Shown here in pieces: positions 49,046 through 62,235 of a stretch of DNA of 64,000 nucleotides. Numbering within the stretch: position 1 is the stretch's first letter; the number at the start of each line of letters is the position of its first letter. The position numbers and the translations under genes are program-made. Below the pieces are notes generated by a model. It saw nothing but the letters and a program-made list of their open reading frames with translations, made no database searches and had not been told where the DNA came from. The DNA comes from Heptranchias perlo (Eukaryota), in NCBI RefSeq assembly GCF_035084215.1, contig NC_090345.1:34038001-34102000 (forward strand). The letters are read 5' to 3'.

Positions 49046-50191
49046 TTGGGCTGATAAGTGGCAAGTAACATTTGCGCCAGACAAGTGCCAGGCAATGACC
49101 ATCTCCAACAAGAGAGAGTCTAACCTCCTCTCCTTGACATTCAATGGCATTACCATCACCAATTTCCCCGCCATCAACATCCTGGGGGTCACCATTGACC
49201 AGAAAATAAACTGGACCAGCCATATAAATACTGTGGCTACAAGAGCAGGTCAGAGGCTGGGTATTCTGTGGCAAGTGACTCACCTCCTGACTCCCCAAAG
49301 CCTTTCCACCATCTACAAGGCACAAGTCAGGAGTGTGATGGAATACTCTGCACTTGCCTGGATGAGTGCAGCTCCAACAACACTCAAGAAGCTCGACACC
49401 ATCCAAGATAAAGCAGCCCGCTTGATTGGCACCCCATCCACCACCCTAAACATTCACTCCCTTCACCACCGGCGCACTGTGGCTGCAGTGTGCACCACCC
49501 ACAGGATGCACTGCAGCAACTCGCCAAGGCTTCTTCGACAGCACCTCCCAAACCCGCGACCTCTACCACCTAGAAGGACAAGAGCAGCAGGCGCATGGGA
49601 ACAACACCACCTGCACGTTCCCCTCCAAGTCACACACCGGATTGGATTTGTCCTGCTTTTGTGGACAGGACATACCTGGGCAATTTTCCACACTGTCGGG
49701 TAGATGCCAGTGTTGTAGCTGTACTGGAACAGCTTGGCTAGAGGCGCAGCTAGTTCTGGAGCACAAGTCTTCAGCACTACAGCTGGGATGTTGTCGGGCC
49801 CTATAGCCTTTGCTGTATCCAGTGCACTCAGCCGTTTCTTGATATCACGTGGAGTGAATCGAATTGGCCGAAGACTGGCTTCCGTGATGGTGGGGATATC
49901 GGGAGGAGGCTGAGATGGATCATCCACTCGGCACTTCTGGCTGAAGATGGTTGCAAACGCTTCAGCCTTGTCTTTTGCACTCACGTGCTGGACTCCGCCA
50001 TCATTGAGAATGGGGATGTTTGCAGAGCCTCCTCCTCCCGTTAGTTGTTTAATTGTCCACCACCATTCACGACTGGATGTGGCGGTTCAAGAAGGCAGCT
50101 CACCACCACCTTCTCAAGGGCGATTAGGGATGGGCAATAAATGCTGGCCTTGCCAGCGACGCCCACATCCCATGAATGAATTTCAAAAAAA
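49046..50191 (+). mobile_element. rearranged family B LINE fragment (sense / inverted / sense) inserted in an L2 remnant
   Basis: 49046-49638 is the RT C-terminus (+); 49637-50083 matches ~43423-43872 in the same plus-strand reading, so it is antisense to the element; 50082-50191 is the 3' tail plus A-run. Confidence 0.88.
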
Positions 50192-50579
50192 TCAGCAAAA
50201 TGGAATCAGCTTCCATATGTATGCCAATGAAGCTGAGTTGTACCTCTCCACCACGTCTCTTGAACCCTTGACCAGCTCTATGCTGTTCTTCAACTGGATA
50301 TCAGGAAAGCAAAAGCCAGCACCAAAACCCTTATCTATGTGTCTGTCACCTCCAGACATGATTATTCTAATGCTCTTCTCACTGGCCTTCTCTCATCCAT
50401 GCTCCATACACTCCAACTTGTCCAAAAACTGCCTGTATCTTGTCCCACTTGCATTACTGCTGTCCTTATGGACCTACACTGGCTCTAAATCTAAAATCCT
50501 CATCCTCACCTTGAACTCACTGTATGGTTTCACTCTACCCCGTCTCAGCAGCCTCCTCCAGACTTACTTTCCCTCACAC

Positions 50580-51455
50580 ATCAGGGGATGTAGTTAATAC
50601 AAAGGAAGAATGCATTAAAATGCAAGAAGACATTAATAAACTTGCAGAATGGGCATGTAACTGGCAAATGAATTTGAATATAGATAAGTGTGAGGTGGGA
50701 AGAATAAGGAGGCCACATATTGCTTGAATAATAAGAGTCTAAATGGGGTAGAAAAACAAAAGGATTTTGGGGTACAGATGCATAAATCACTAAAAGCAGC
50801 GGTGCATGGTAATAAGGTCATAAAAAAGGTAAACCAAGCATGGGTTCATTTCTAGAGGGATAGAATTGAAAATCAGAGAAATTATGTTAAACTTGTATAG
50901 AACCTTGGTTAGGCCACACTTGGAGTATTGTGCACAGTTCTGTTCTCCATATTATAAAAAGGATACCGAGGCATTGGAGAAGATGCAAAAAAGATTCACA
51001 AGGATGATATGCTTATCAGGAAAGACTAAACAGGTGGGGGCGCTTTTCTCTAGACAAGAGGAGACTGAGGGGGTAACCTGATAGAGGTCTTTAAGATAAT
51101 GAAAGGATTTGATAGGGTAGATGTAAATAAAATGTTCCCACTTGTGGGGGAGCCCAAAACTAAAGGTCATCAATATAAGGTAGTCATTAATAAATTCAAT
51201 AGGGAATTCAGGAAAAACTTCTTTACCCAAAGAGTGGTAAAAATATGGAACGTGCTACCACAAGTACTTGAGGCAAATAGCATAGATGCATTTAAGGGGA
51301 AGCTAGATAAGCACATGAAGGAGAAAGGAATAGAAGGGTATGCTGATAGGGATAGACGAAGTAGGGAGGGAGGAGGCTCGTGTGGAGCATAAATGCTGAC
51401 GTAGACCAGTTGGGCCGAATGGCCTGTTTCTGTGCTGTAGATTCAATGTAACTCA
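50580..51455 (+). mobile_element. CR1 3' fragment inserted in an L2 remnant (48740-51745)
   Basis: LVRPHLEYCAQF...KGFDRVDVNKMFPL...FFTQRVVKIWN; tail gggccgaatggcctgtttctgtgctgta. Confidence 0.88.
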
Positions 51456-52010
51456 ACGTTACATCCTTTGGTCTTCTGATTCTGGGCTGCTATGCATCTC
51501 CCCTTCCTTCATCCCACCATTGGTGGCAGAGCTTTCAGCAGTTGAGACCCTGGAACTCCCTTCCTAAATCCCTTTGATTCTCTACTTCAAAAATCTTCTC
51601 AAAACTCATCTTTTCACCCAAGTTTTCAGTCACCGCTGGAGCATTTCTCCCCTGTCTCAGTATTATCTTCCTCCAACTACTACTCTATAAAGTGTCTGGG
51701 ACATTTTGTATGTAAAGGAAATTACATAAATGCAAATTGTCGTTGATGTTTGTTCCTTCAATTATATCCACTTTGGGCCCTCATGATGGGAGCCTACAAT
51801 GGGAGTCATAGCATCTCTCAAGAATACACACACTGTTGCCATACAGGTCTTAAGCTCTACTGACTCCTCATCCTTGGACAGGCTAGGAATCACATTGATA
51901 GAGGCTGCAGTAATTTCAATGTTCTCACTGGGTTCGCTTTGAGACAGTTAGTGGCCATGTTGAGACAGAGCCCAGTAACAAGGGCAGATGTAGAATTGGC
52001 ATGGATCTAG

Positions 52011-55000
52011 AGTGGGGCAGCACCTGTGTTTCTCAGAAGCTGCACACCAGGAATGCATTAAGATCATTAAGGCCTCAAATAAAAGTGCCAAATTTGCCCT
52101 ATATTGTAGTGTCAACAACACTGCTGGAGCTGAGCACCTGTATAAAATGGCTGCTGGATGATTGGCCCATGTAGGTTTCTGTTTGTAAAGGGGGAATCTG
52201 CTTGATAGCTGCATCAAATAGTTGACCCAGCAATTTCATTGTTTATCGCTTGGCGTTCTTGGGTTTCTATACTGCAGTTATCACACCTTCTTAAAGGTGG
52301 ATGCTATCTGCCACCTATGGCTGTTGGCTGAGTTAAGTGTAATTGAAGCCTGCCTAACGAGGGCCTATTGGTAGTCTATTGGTTGTTCCTTTAAATTGTA
52401 TAATCTGTATTGTGTACGTTTGGAATATGATATGACAACTGTATTGTATGTATTGCTGCAAATTTTATGAATAAAGTATATTTTTGGAAAAAAAAAATTG
52501 GTTGTTCCTTTCCAATTTGCTGATCTAGAGGAGGAAGTCCAGGCAAGGCTTGCCTAGGTATCAAAGATGATTGCAACCTGATCGATTGTACATAACCTCA
52601 CTCTACCATGGTACAGGTCAAGAAGAAGAGAACCTGCCTGAACTAGTGGCAGAAGAGGACACTGGCAATTAGCCACATTATGTGGGTCTGCAAACATGCA
52701 GCTTGCAGATAACTTGTGTTGGCTGCATGCTTATGTTTCTTCCTTGCCACATTTCATTGGCCACATGACACACCAATGATAGAGTGTCATGCTAAAATAT
52801 GGTAATGCCTGTGCATATGGAAAGTAGTTTGTCAGAGTGTTGATGGCATTTCTCTGGGTTTGTGCAGAAGTTATAGTAGCTGATCGGGAGAACCTCGTCA
52901 GGGAATTACTGACGGTTGTATTTACCTGTACACTTTCTGCGACCAATGAGCATTGCATGGAATTTGTGTTTTGATTAGCCCTGATTTCATTGTTTTGATT
53001 TGATTATGTTTTTAGCTATTTTTTATTAGTGTTATTTTTGTTTAAAACTAGTTTGGGTGAGCTGTCCCTAAATGAAATTTTAGAAGTATCGCTCTGGGTG
53101 ACAGCACATCTGCACCCTTTGCACCAACCTCATACAATAACTTCACATGTGCCAGAATGCATGCAAGACAAGGCTACATGCAAGTGCTGAAGTGGCGCAG
53201 CTTGCAGCTGGGCCATCTCAGGCTCCTGGTCACAGCAATCAATGCCCAACATCACCTCAAGAGCGTTCCATGCTGAAACCATTTGGAGAGCATATCAAAG
53301 AAGTATAAGATTAGGGAGTAGAGCACAACAATCATGCACCAAGGAGAAACACCAGGGTGGCAAACAGTAGCAAGAAATGCAGATCACATGTAGGGACATA
53401 ACATTTGGTGCTACTTTATTTGCATTGTGTTTAGAGAATGTTCTTATAATAACATTGCCTACTGCAACATCATGTTCTGGTTGGCAGTTAGGGAGCAGTT
53501 GTCAAATATAAGGAATGGAGAGGGTATAAAGGGAATTGTTCATGCAAAGAGTCTAAAGTGTCATTATCTGATCAGAATCTAACAGATGGCAACCTTGATT
53601 CATCAGTAGCAATCTAACGTATGTCTACAAGTCGAGAAGGCTGAGGAGTTTGCTCACCCCAAGGCTCCATGTTTATGTTGCTATGCACAAAAATGTTGTG
53701 CAGCATACATAAACTATAATGATGTGTGATAATTCACCAGCCTATATTGGAGAAAGCCCCACAGAACAGTCAGGGCCTCAGAATTTCTGCTTCACTATTC
53801 TGTTGGGTGATTGCTCTTTGTTCAGCAGATATTTGTGGATGCCTCATAGGAATCTTAAACCGGGGCTCCCTGGTTTCTAAAGAGCCAGTCTATCACTTTT
53901 TTGTCCAGAGTCAAATAATGGGGGAAATGGTGAACTGTCATAAAATTAAGGCATGTGGCCTAAAAAAGGGATAGCACCCGAATCAGGGCACGATCCCATA
54001 GCACACGTCTAATGAGGCCAGCAGTAAGATTACGGCAAATTGGTAATTGTTTATTACCTGTGAGCTGTGGGCACCAGTACTGGCCCCAGAGGCAGCTCGA
54101 CAGTCACAGAGAGGGAGGGAGGGAGTGAAGGTGCACTGGGACTGTGGGATTAAGCAAAGCGCAACCATCCCAGGATATCTCAATGCTTCCCCATAAAGGC
54201 ACAATACTTCTAAAATTTCATTTGGGGATGACACACTCAAACTAGTTTTAAACAAAAACACTAATGAAAAAAGTAACTAAAAACACAATCAAATCAAAAC
54301 AATGAAATCAAGGCTAATCAAAACAAAAAAAATCCATGCAATGCTCATTGGTCACAGAAAGTGTACAGGTAAATACTACTGCCAGTAATTGCCTGACTAG
54401 GTTCTCCTGATCAGCTACTATAACTTCTGCAGAAACCCCGAAAAAACGCCATAAACACTCTGACAAACTACTTTCCATATGCACAGGTATTACCATGTTT
54501 TAGCACTACACTCTGTATTGTTGGCGTGTCATGTAGCCAATGAAATGTGGCAAGGAAGAAACACCAAGCATGCAGTCAACACTAGTTATCTCCGAGCTGC
54601 AGACTCACATAATGTGGCTGATTGCCAGGGTCATCCTCTGCCACTAGTTCAGGCAGGTTCTCTTCTTCTTGACCTGTACCATGGTAATGGCCCTTTGTAG
54701 AGTGAGGTTATGTATAATCCATCAGGTTGCATTCATCTTTAATACCTAGGCAAGCCTTGCCAGCCTTCCTGCCAAAGATGGCAGATAGCATCCACCTTTA
54801 AGAAGGTGTGAATAACTGCAGTATAGAAACCCAAGAACACCAGGCAATAAACAATGAAATTGCTGGGTCAACTATTTGATGCAGCTATCAAGCAGATTCC
54901 CCATTTAGGAACAGAAACCTACTTATATGGGCCAATCATTCAGCAGCCATTTTATACAGGTGCTCAGCTCTAGCAGTATTGGCAAGGACCTAAATTGACA

Positions 55001-55075
55001 TTTTCATTTGAGGCCTTAATGGTCTTAGTGCATTCCTGGTGTGCAACTCCTGAGAACCACGGGTGCTGCCCCACT
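52011..55075. repeat. long imperfect inverted repeat: arms ~52011-53090 and ~54203-55075, spacer ~1.1 kb
   Basis: E.g. 52735-52840 is the reverse complement of ~54455-54562; the arms are collinear along their whole length. Confidence 0.88.
52393..52496 (+). mobile_element. short 5'-truncated poly(A) retroposon end (L1/Tx1-type) with 15-bp TSD
   Basis: AATAAA at 52470-52475, then an A-run; ATTGGTTGTTCCTTT at 52378-52392 and 52497-52511. Confidence 0.8.
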
Positions 55076-55401
55076 GCATTATCCTGCATTACGCTCAACA
55101 GGAGAACAATAGGTCTCAGTCACCTGCACCTGAAAATACAGACCTCCTGTACCTGATGCATAGCAGTGCTAATGGTGGAGCATTACATTTTTACTATCTT
55201 TTAGAATAGGAAAAATTAGCTATGAAGAACAGAGCAATATTACTGAGCTGGTGTTATAATATTGGCTGTAAAGCGTTTTGGGTGTCCTGAGGTTGTGAAA
55301 GACACTATATCAATATAAGTTATTTTCTTTGTTTTCTTTTAGAAATAATTTTAAAAGGAAGCAAACGCTATAACATTTGATTGGGACAGTGTTTTTTCTA
55401 C

Positions 55402-55498
55402 CTGATTAAAAGGATCCTCTTCACCTTCAGGCTTCCTGTAATGCATTCCACTGGACATTCCAGACACTGGGGACAACAGTCCATAGAGTGGTTGTGTT
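55402..55498 (-). CDS. CC2D2B: CC2D2B-like coding exon (variable linker)
   Basis: ttcttag|A...AATCAG|gtagaa; 97 nt, phase 2-0, bridges the neighbouring exons in frame; TQPLYGLLSPVSGMSSGMHYRKPEGEEDPFNQ. Confidence 0.8.
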
Positions 55499-57902
55499 CT
55501 AAGAATAAAATTATTCCACAATATATAGTGATTTTCCTGTCTAACAAAACTGAGGATGTCCAAGAACAAAGTATATTTTATGACAACGCTTTTTCATTTA
55601 CACTCTTAAAGCATGTCTCGGGATGCACATAACCTGAGCTAATTACAATTGCTGGAAGCAAACATCTTCCATTTAAAGTAAATAATATTTTCTGTGAAAA
55701 TTTATCTCAGTTACAAAGGCTTTTGCAAACAATGATAAAGAATGAACATTATTTGTGAAGGGCCAAGCTGACAAGAGAATATTCACCTTTTGTTGTAAAT
55801 AAACTACACTGTGAGAAATATATGGGATAGATTTTCCTGGTTTTGTGATGGGCGTATTAGATCACCTGAGCACAGTAAATATAGGAAAATCAGGCAGGGA
55901 GGAATGTATGCCCGTAAGGGAGCCCACCCATTTTTTGCTCCATTTAAGTTTTTAATTCATTTTTGTGCTTACTAAGTTGAAGGATGTAAGAGCTGAAAAG
56001 GAAAACCATTTCAGGCATCCAGAGTCAACATCAAGCACTTCAAGGTTAGATACACCATGGTTAGATGCAGAGTAAAGAAAGCTCCTTTTGCTCTGCTCAG
56101 CAATATATCTGAGCTCCAACCTCAAAAGAGCAGCCTACTGCTTCAGTGTAACAAATTTAATTTCCCAAACCAGTCATCCTTGATGCCTTTTGGAGTAGGA
56201 TTGTCAATTTTGGGCTGAAATTAAAAGGTCAATTATTTCCTGATACATGCCTCACTCCATTTTTGAATACGAGGGTAACTTTATCAATAATCCTCAGGCA
56301 TAGCTCCTTTGTTTAAGGTGTTCCTAAAAATATTAACCAAAGCTTTACAAAGGAAACTTCACAAATTCATTGCTTGTGAGTTAGTCATCTTCTTCATTCT
56401 TGGAATAGACATTACACTCAGCAACTTCTTTTGCAGCAGCATCTGTGTTTGAAATTATTCCTTCCAACGAAATGGATGACTTCACTTGTCCAGATGCTGT
56501 CGCACTTTGAAAGCTGATGCCAAATTACTTGTTGGCAGAGCTCCCTCCATGTTTGATGTATAATAATGTCAAAGATTGGCATGGATGTATCTATGATCCT
56601 GTTGCCTATTTGCATTTTTTATGAATTTGCAAATTAAAAATGCAAATTTGCACCAACTGCCATTGACTTCTTACTTCACTGATTTTATCTCTTTGAATTC
56701 TGCAAACATTAGGCTCGAGGTTTATTCACTGCGCTACTATTAGCCCCGCAGAATTCAAACAGGTAGAACCAGTGGAGCAGGAAGTCGGCAAGAGCTGAGA
56801 TTGTGGGACAAGAATGGATCTACAGTGGAACTGCATCCTAGGGAAGCAGCAGGAAATTCCGCCATTCGATGAGAAGCAGCAGCCTGCTGTCCTTCCCCAA
56901 TATGGATTGCCATCTCAGCCCCATCCTCCATAGCATTATCTGCCTCTGTCCTCGGCCACTCCCGGACCAATTGGTACTCGTTGTCGATTTATCAGCTCTT
57001 AATTTCAAAACACACATAGCAGCTATGCCATCTGCCTCCATCCTTGGCTGCTCCTAGGCTTGCTGGCCACTCATTGGTGGTAAGAAATAGGTTGTTTACA
57101 TTTTAAAGTGCTATTAGCGCTTATAATATATTTGCTAAATAAAAATTACTCAGCAAATATAAATACAGTGAGCTCTGTAAAGCAGCCAATTTCCCACCTC
57201 CTTCTCTTCCTTTAAGACCCTCCTTAAAACCCTCATGGACCACACTTTTCATCACTTCTAATATCTGCTTCTTAGGCTCGGCGTCAATTTTTCTCTGCTT
57301 ACACTTCAGTGAAGCACCTGGGAATGTTTTTCTACATTAAAGGTGCTATATAAATGCAAATTGTTCCTTGGGAATTTTTCCTAATTTTGGGGGAGAAATT
57401 CTGCAGAATTTTCTTTGGGAAACTAAAAGGTTGAAACTGCTCTCTGCAGGATTTATGAATTCCTCTGTGAGTACAGCAGGAGTTAGGGAGTGCGCCCCTG
57501 AACAACTTTTCAACCCAGCCACCCAGATCTGTCAAAAAATCAGTGGAGATGTACAGGAAATCTAGGCCAATGCCTCAGCTTGGAAAGGGAAAACTCAAGA
57601 GTTCTCACTCCTGACCGCACAATAACACTCTGGTATTATGCCCTCCATAGTCAATTGGCCTGCCAACACTCAATATCAAGGCTCACACATGAGGAATGGC
57701 CACTTTGGTGAGGTAGGAACTGTCTTCAAGTATGAATTTATGCTTTTAGAAAAGGAGGGGAGATAATTGGAAATTCCAATTTAGTAATAAGCACATTGGT
57801 TGCAATAACAATATATTACTGGAGCAACACAATATACCAGTACAGGGACTAACATGAAGCATGACTTCCCATAAACCTAGGCACATTTTATATACTTCTT
57901 AC

Positions 57903-58070
57903 CTGGCAATACATTTCCTCATTGGTATGTTGTATGCCCCTATTACGTTAATGAGCAGCTTGATGTCTCCGTCAGACAAGGTCTGGGCAGGTATTTTTTT
58001 TCTCTCCTTACGCAGAGGTTTCAATGCTTTTCGTCGTGCAACCAAGTTTATCAAGGCAAGAGTTATTTGG
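57903..58070 (-). CDS. CC2D2B: CC2D2B-like coding exon (start of C2 domain)
   Basis: tcaaag|C...GCCAG|gtaaga; 168 nt, phase 2-2; ...ALKPLRKERKKIPAQTLSDGDIKLLINVIGAYNIPMRK matches the CC2D2 family motif LSDGDIKLLVN. Confidence 0.93.
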
Positions 58071-59184
58071 CTTTGACACAATAAACAATATATAGTAGTA
58101 AGTTTAGACATTTTTATGTTGCCAGGATTCAATTCCAACAAGCAAAAGAGTATACAGTATGATTTTATTTTAGACCTTAGTTTTTATTCTACCAAAATAT
58201 AAACAAATTAATACAGTGGAACCTATTTCTAGTGATCTCAGACATAATGGCCTTGATTCCCTGCCTGCTTCCCCACAAATTTTTTGGCATATTTTGTGGT
58301 GTGAAGGAGATGGAAAATTGTTCAGGGATATGGTCCGTTGCATCCCAACCTCATGCAGTGACTCCCCATTTCCGGCATCCTGGGCCCCGGGTGTATATGT
58401 GACAAGGCTTAATAAAATTAAATGCAAATGAGGGAAATATGTCCTCCAATCCACATGTCCAACACTCTAAAGTTAGCCCAGAAATTTTGCTGCAACATTA
58501 TATAAATAAAAATGAACACAGGATTGCTTTAAAAATAAAAAAAGAGCACATCTTCAGGAGGTCCAGGCCACAATCCTGGCATGGACCCTCAAGTGGGGTT
58601 CACATCTGCCATTCTGTGGCCTGGTCTCACCAGGCATACTGCTGCCAGTGACATACCCAGTTGATAGGAGGCTGGGGATGCGGGAACTCACAGCATCGGC
58701 AACCCTTTCCCCCAGACCTACCCCCACCTATGACACTGGTCTTTTAAGGAGTCGGTGGGGGCTATGCCCCTTAAAAGACACTACAGAATCCCGGGTGTAA
58801 GGCCAGGACCTGGTTACAACAGGAGTGCACTGGAAGAGCCATGGAATTTCAGCCTCACTCACACCCCAAACTTATCCGGCTCTCACTCCTGTTTTAAAGC
58901 TTGCTTTAAATAATAGAAATTAGTACGTTGTGTAAATGAAACTGTAGTTAAAGAAATTTGCAAAATTCCTTTAATTGCTTCCTAACAAGAACTTTACAAG
59001 CAAAAGAAAACCTTTAATGTACAGTTTGTGCTTATATCTACTCCATTAATGCAAACTCACAAATTTGCCATACAAGAATGCACAATTAACGAGTGTGCGA
59101 TCTCTAATGCTTAGAGGAAATTAAACCCTCAAGTATTTAACCTGGTAACTACAAGTGGACAGATGATAAAACATAGAACACAAT

Positions 59185-60333
59185 GGCCTAGAAATTCAAT
59201 GGTGCCATGCCTGTTTTTCAGGCGCAAAATTGGCACCTATGCATCCAATAAGGTGGGCAGGGCATGCACACACCTTACGTGCCGGAAGTGCACCGCCCAC
59301 CATATTGGTGAAGGCAGGAAAAGAGGCATCCAGAATCCTTTGAACATAAGAATATAAGAAATAGAAGCAGGAGTAGACCATACGGCGCCTCGTGCCTGCT
59401 CCACCATTCAGTAAGATCATGGCTGATCTTCTACCTGAACTCCACTTTCCCACCCTATCCCCATATCCCTTGATTCCCTTAGTGTCCAAATATCTATTGA
59501 TCTCAGTTTTGAATATACTCAACGACTGAGCATCCACAGCCCTCTGTGGTATGGAATTCCAAAGATTCACAACCCTCCAAATGAAGAAATTTTTCCTCAT
59601 CTCAGTCCTAAATGGTCGACCCCTTATCTTGAGACTATGACCTCTAGTTCTAGATTCTCCAGCCAGGGGAAACAGCCTCTTAGCATCTACCCTGTCAAGA
59701 CATCTAAGAATATTATACGTTTCAATGAGATCACCTCTCATTCTTTGCATATACACTATACAGGGCCTAACGCCTGTTTGAGGCCCCCTTTGTAAAATTG
59801 GTCTGCCCTGAACGCAGCTGGCGCTGGGCTAATTGCGTTCAGGAAAACATGGTCTACTTGCGGCCTAACCGGCATTCCTTAAAGGGACCATTGCGGGCTG
59901 CTACCAAAAAATTATGTTTAAAAAAAATACTTACCTGAATGTAGCGCCACGAGGCGCAGGAGTGCTCCTCCTGGCTCCACATTAAAACCCAGGACCGCTG
60001 CCAGCCACCTTCCCGATTGCCTCCCACACTGTCCAGATCGCTGCCACCCTCCTTCTCCTCCTCCCAATTGCTTTCCTCCCTCACCTGGTCACCCAGCTCC
60101 CTCCCGATCGCTTCTCCCAGTTGATCTCCAGCAACGCAGTGGCCTGAAATTCAAATCATCTTCACAGTGAGCTGCCTGGGGATGCCCAGCAGGCATCTGC
60201 AGCTCACAAGCCTCATGTAAATGGGGCCCAAGGCCCAATAGTGGGTGGACTTTGGACCTACCAGTTCTGGCACAGGGATCATTCCCTGCCACTAATTTGT
60301 GTTGCCAGGCCAGTGTGAACCAATTTCTAGGCC
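59185..60333. mobile_element. Harbinger-type MITE containing a nested CR1 3' fragment (59342-59746, -)
   Basis: Perfect 12-bp TIR GGCCTAGAAATT; flanks AAT/ATT; nested MRGDLIETYNILRCLDRVDA... Confidence 0.75.
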
Positions 60334-60411
60334 ATTAATTTAAATAAACGAAGCTAAAATTATTTCATTTCTTATTATTTCATGATTCAGTAAATACATC
60401 AAATAGCTCAC

Positions 60412-60506
60412 CTTATGGTATTAACTTCTTCACTTTCAACAACAATATCTGACAATGTATAATGATGCTTGACCCGCAAAAGTCTTTTCATCACAGTAGC
60501 TTTCAC
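60412..60506 (-). CDS. CC2D2B: CC2D2B-like coding exon (first visible; gene continues 5' beyond the window)
   Basis: ttgaag|GTG...ATAAG|gtgagc; 95 nt, phase 0-2; VKATVMKRLLRVKHHYTLSDIVVESEEVNTI(S), resembling CC2D2A/B '[26 protein letters not shown]'. Confidence 0.8.
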
Positions 60507-60561
60507 CTTCAAGACAACATGTTATATAATTATTTGTAAAAACTGTTATTTTAGAAATGTT

Positions 60562-61125
60562 CTCAGTAATTTTAACCTCCCCAGGACAGGCGGTAGAGGG
60601 GCGAGGCGGGGTTAAATTGTTAAAAATGGAAAACCCGACCCCAACCCGCCACAAAAGCGCATACTTCTAGTTTAACTGGGGCGGGTTGGGGGTCGGGTGA
60701 GTAACCCGCTGTCAAGAGGCAGGTCGTTAATTATAATATGTTAATGAGGCTCTGTGCCTCAGATTTTATCAGCCATTTGGATTTAACACCTCCAGCAGGG
60801 CTTTCCCGGGGCTCAGGAAACCCTGCAGCTGAAAGGAGGCGAAAGCTGCCGGATTCAGCAGATAATTGCTTTTCCAGCACTGCTTGTGAGCTAGGAGGAG
60901 CATAGGTGCTTCCTCTGGCCCATCAAGCAAACCTTCTGCTGCGATCTGCTGCCACCACCGCCCCCCTCCCCCCACCATTTCTCCTTCCCTCCCTCCTTGC
61001 TGCTGCGCTCTGAGCAAACCCCCCCACCAACCACCAACTTCTCAATTGCCGGAGACAATCTCCAGCAGTTCCCGTCTGCTGCCTTCTACCACAGGCTTTC
61101 CCGCCCGGCAGCCAGCCAGCCTTCA
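60562..61125. mobile_element. truncated MITE, inverted copy of the 318-915 family
   Basis: aattttaacc...aacccgaccccaacccgcc...tttccagcactgcttgtgagctaggaggagca is the reverse complement of 580-905. Confidence 0.65.
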
Positions 61126-61369
61126 ACCTTAGTTTCAACAGCATACTGGGTAGATTTAACTTAAGATGTAGTCTTTATTTTCTTCAAATTATTCACTCAC
61201 ACATTCAAAATTAAAAGATATCACCCTAGTAAACTGAATATAGTAAATGCATTGCTAACATTTTTCCTTAACTCATTACTACTATTCATTCAGGTTAATA
61301 GTAATCATTTGGGAAAATATACATTTATCAAATAATTTAATGCTCATCTATGATATAATTAGTTTCTTT

Positions 61370-61850
61370 GCATATTTACAAGGATGCTGTCAGAATTGAG
61401 AGGAAGCAACTATCAGGAAAAACTGAGCTGACTGGAGCTTTTTTCTCTGGAAAAGAGAAGACTAAGAGATGACCTGATAGAGGTCTTTAAAATTATGAAG
61501 GGGTTCGATAGGATGAATGTAGGGTAACTGTTTCCACTTGCAGGTTAGTCCAGAATAAGGGGGCATAAATATAAGATAGCCACTAACAGATCAAATAAAG
61601 GATTTGGGAGGAATTTCTTTAAACAGAGTGGTAAGAATGTGGAATTTGCTGCCACATAGACTGGCTGAAGCAGATAGCATTGGTGCATTTAAGAGAGGTT
61701 TGATGCATACATGAGATAAGGAAAGGAGGGATATGGGAGCAGGGTGGAGAGAGGTCATTAGAGTGGGAGGAAGTTCGTCTGCAGTATGAACACCAGCATA
61801 GGCCAGTTGGACTGAATGGCCTGTTTCTCTGCTGTAGATTCTGTGTAATG
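61370..61850 (+). mobile_element. CR1 3' fragment
   Basis: gacctgatagaggtctttaaaattatgaaggggttcgatagg...; tail gactgaatggcctgtttctctgctgtag. Confidence 0.8.
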
Positions 61851-62235
61851 GATGACAGGTGTTAAGGCCTCTCTGGGCAGTTCATATAACTATCCAATTA
61901 CTTTTAACTCTTTTCCAGCCATTTCCAAGCTATTAGGTACGAGAAACCCAGTCTTTTAAGTGTATTGTGTCTTAAGACAGAAGATACTCCCTCAATTTTA
62001 TCACTGCCCATAATGTAATACTAAGGCCTACAGAGCCAGTGACAAACTATCGTTACTAAAAGCATCTATAGCAACACTTTTGGCAGTAGGAAAAGGTAGT
62101 GAGGATACAAAAATGTTGTTCAAATAAAAGCATAGCTAGATCTCAGATGAGTTCTACTGCATAGGAGGTGGCTATAGAAAACTGGGAGGTTGGTGTTCTT
62201 TTTGGCTACCTGGGCCTGTATGCTACCTTGCATAT

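Noticed and set aside
3390-60506. Calling the gene CC2D2A
   Set aside because: Diagnostic stretches (GSQPCWNE..DF, LLGYTW, LLGTSIL, AYVITQE, GFPIQM) fit my recollection of CC2D2B better; a phylogeny is needed to confirm.
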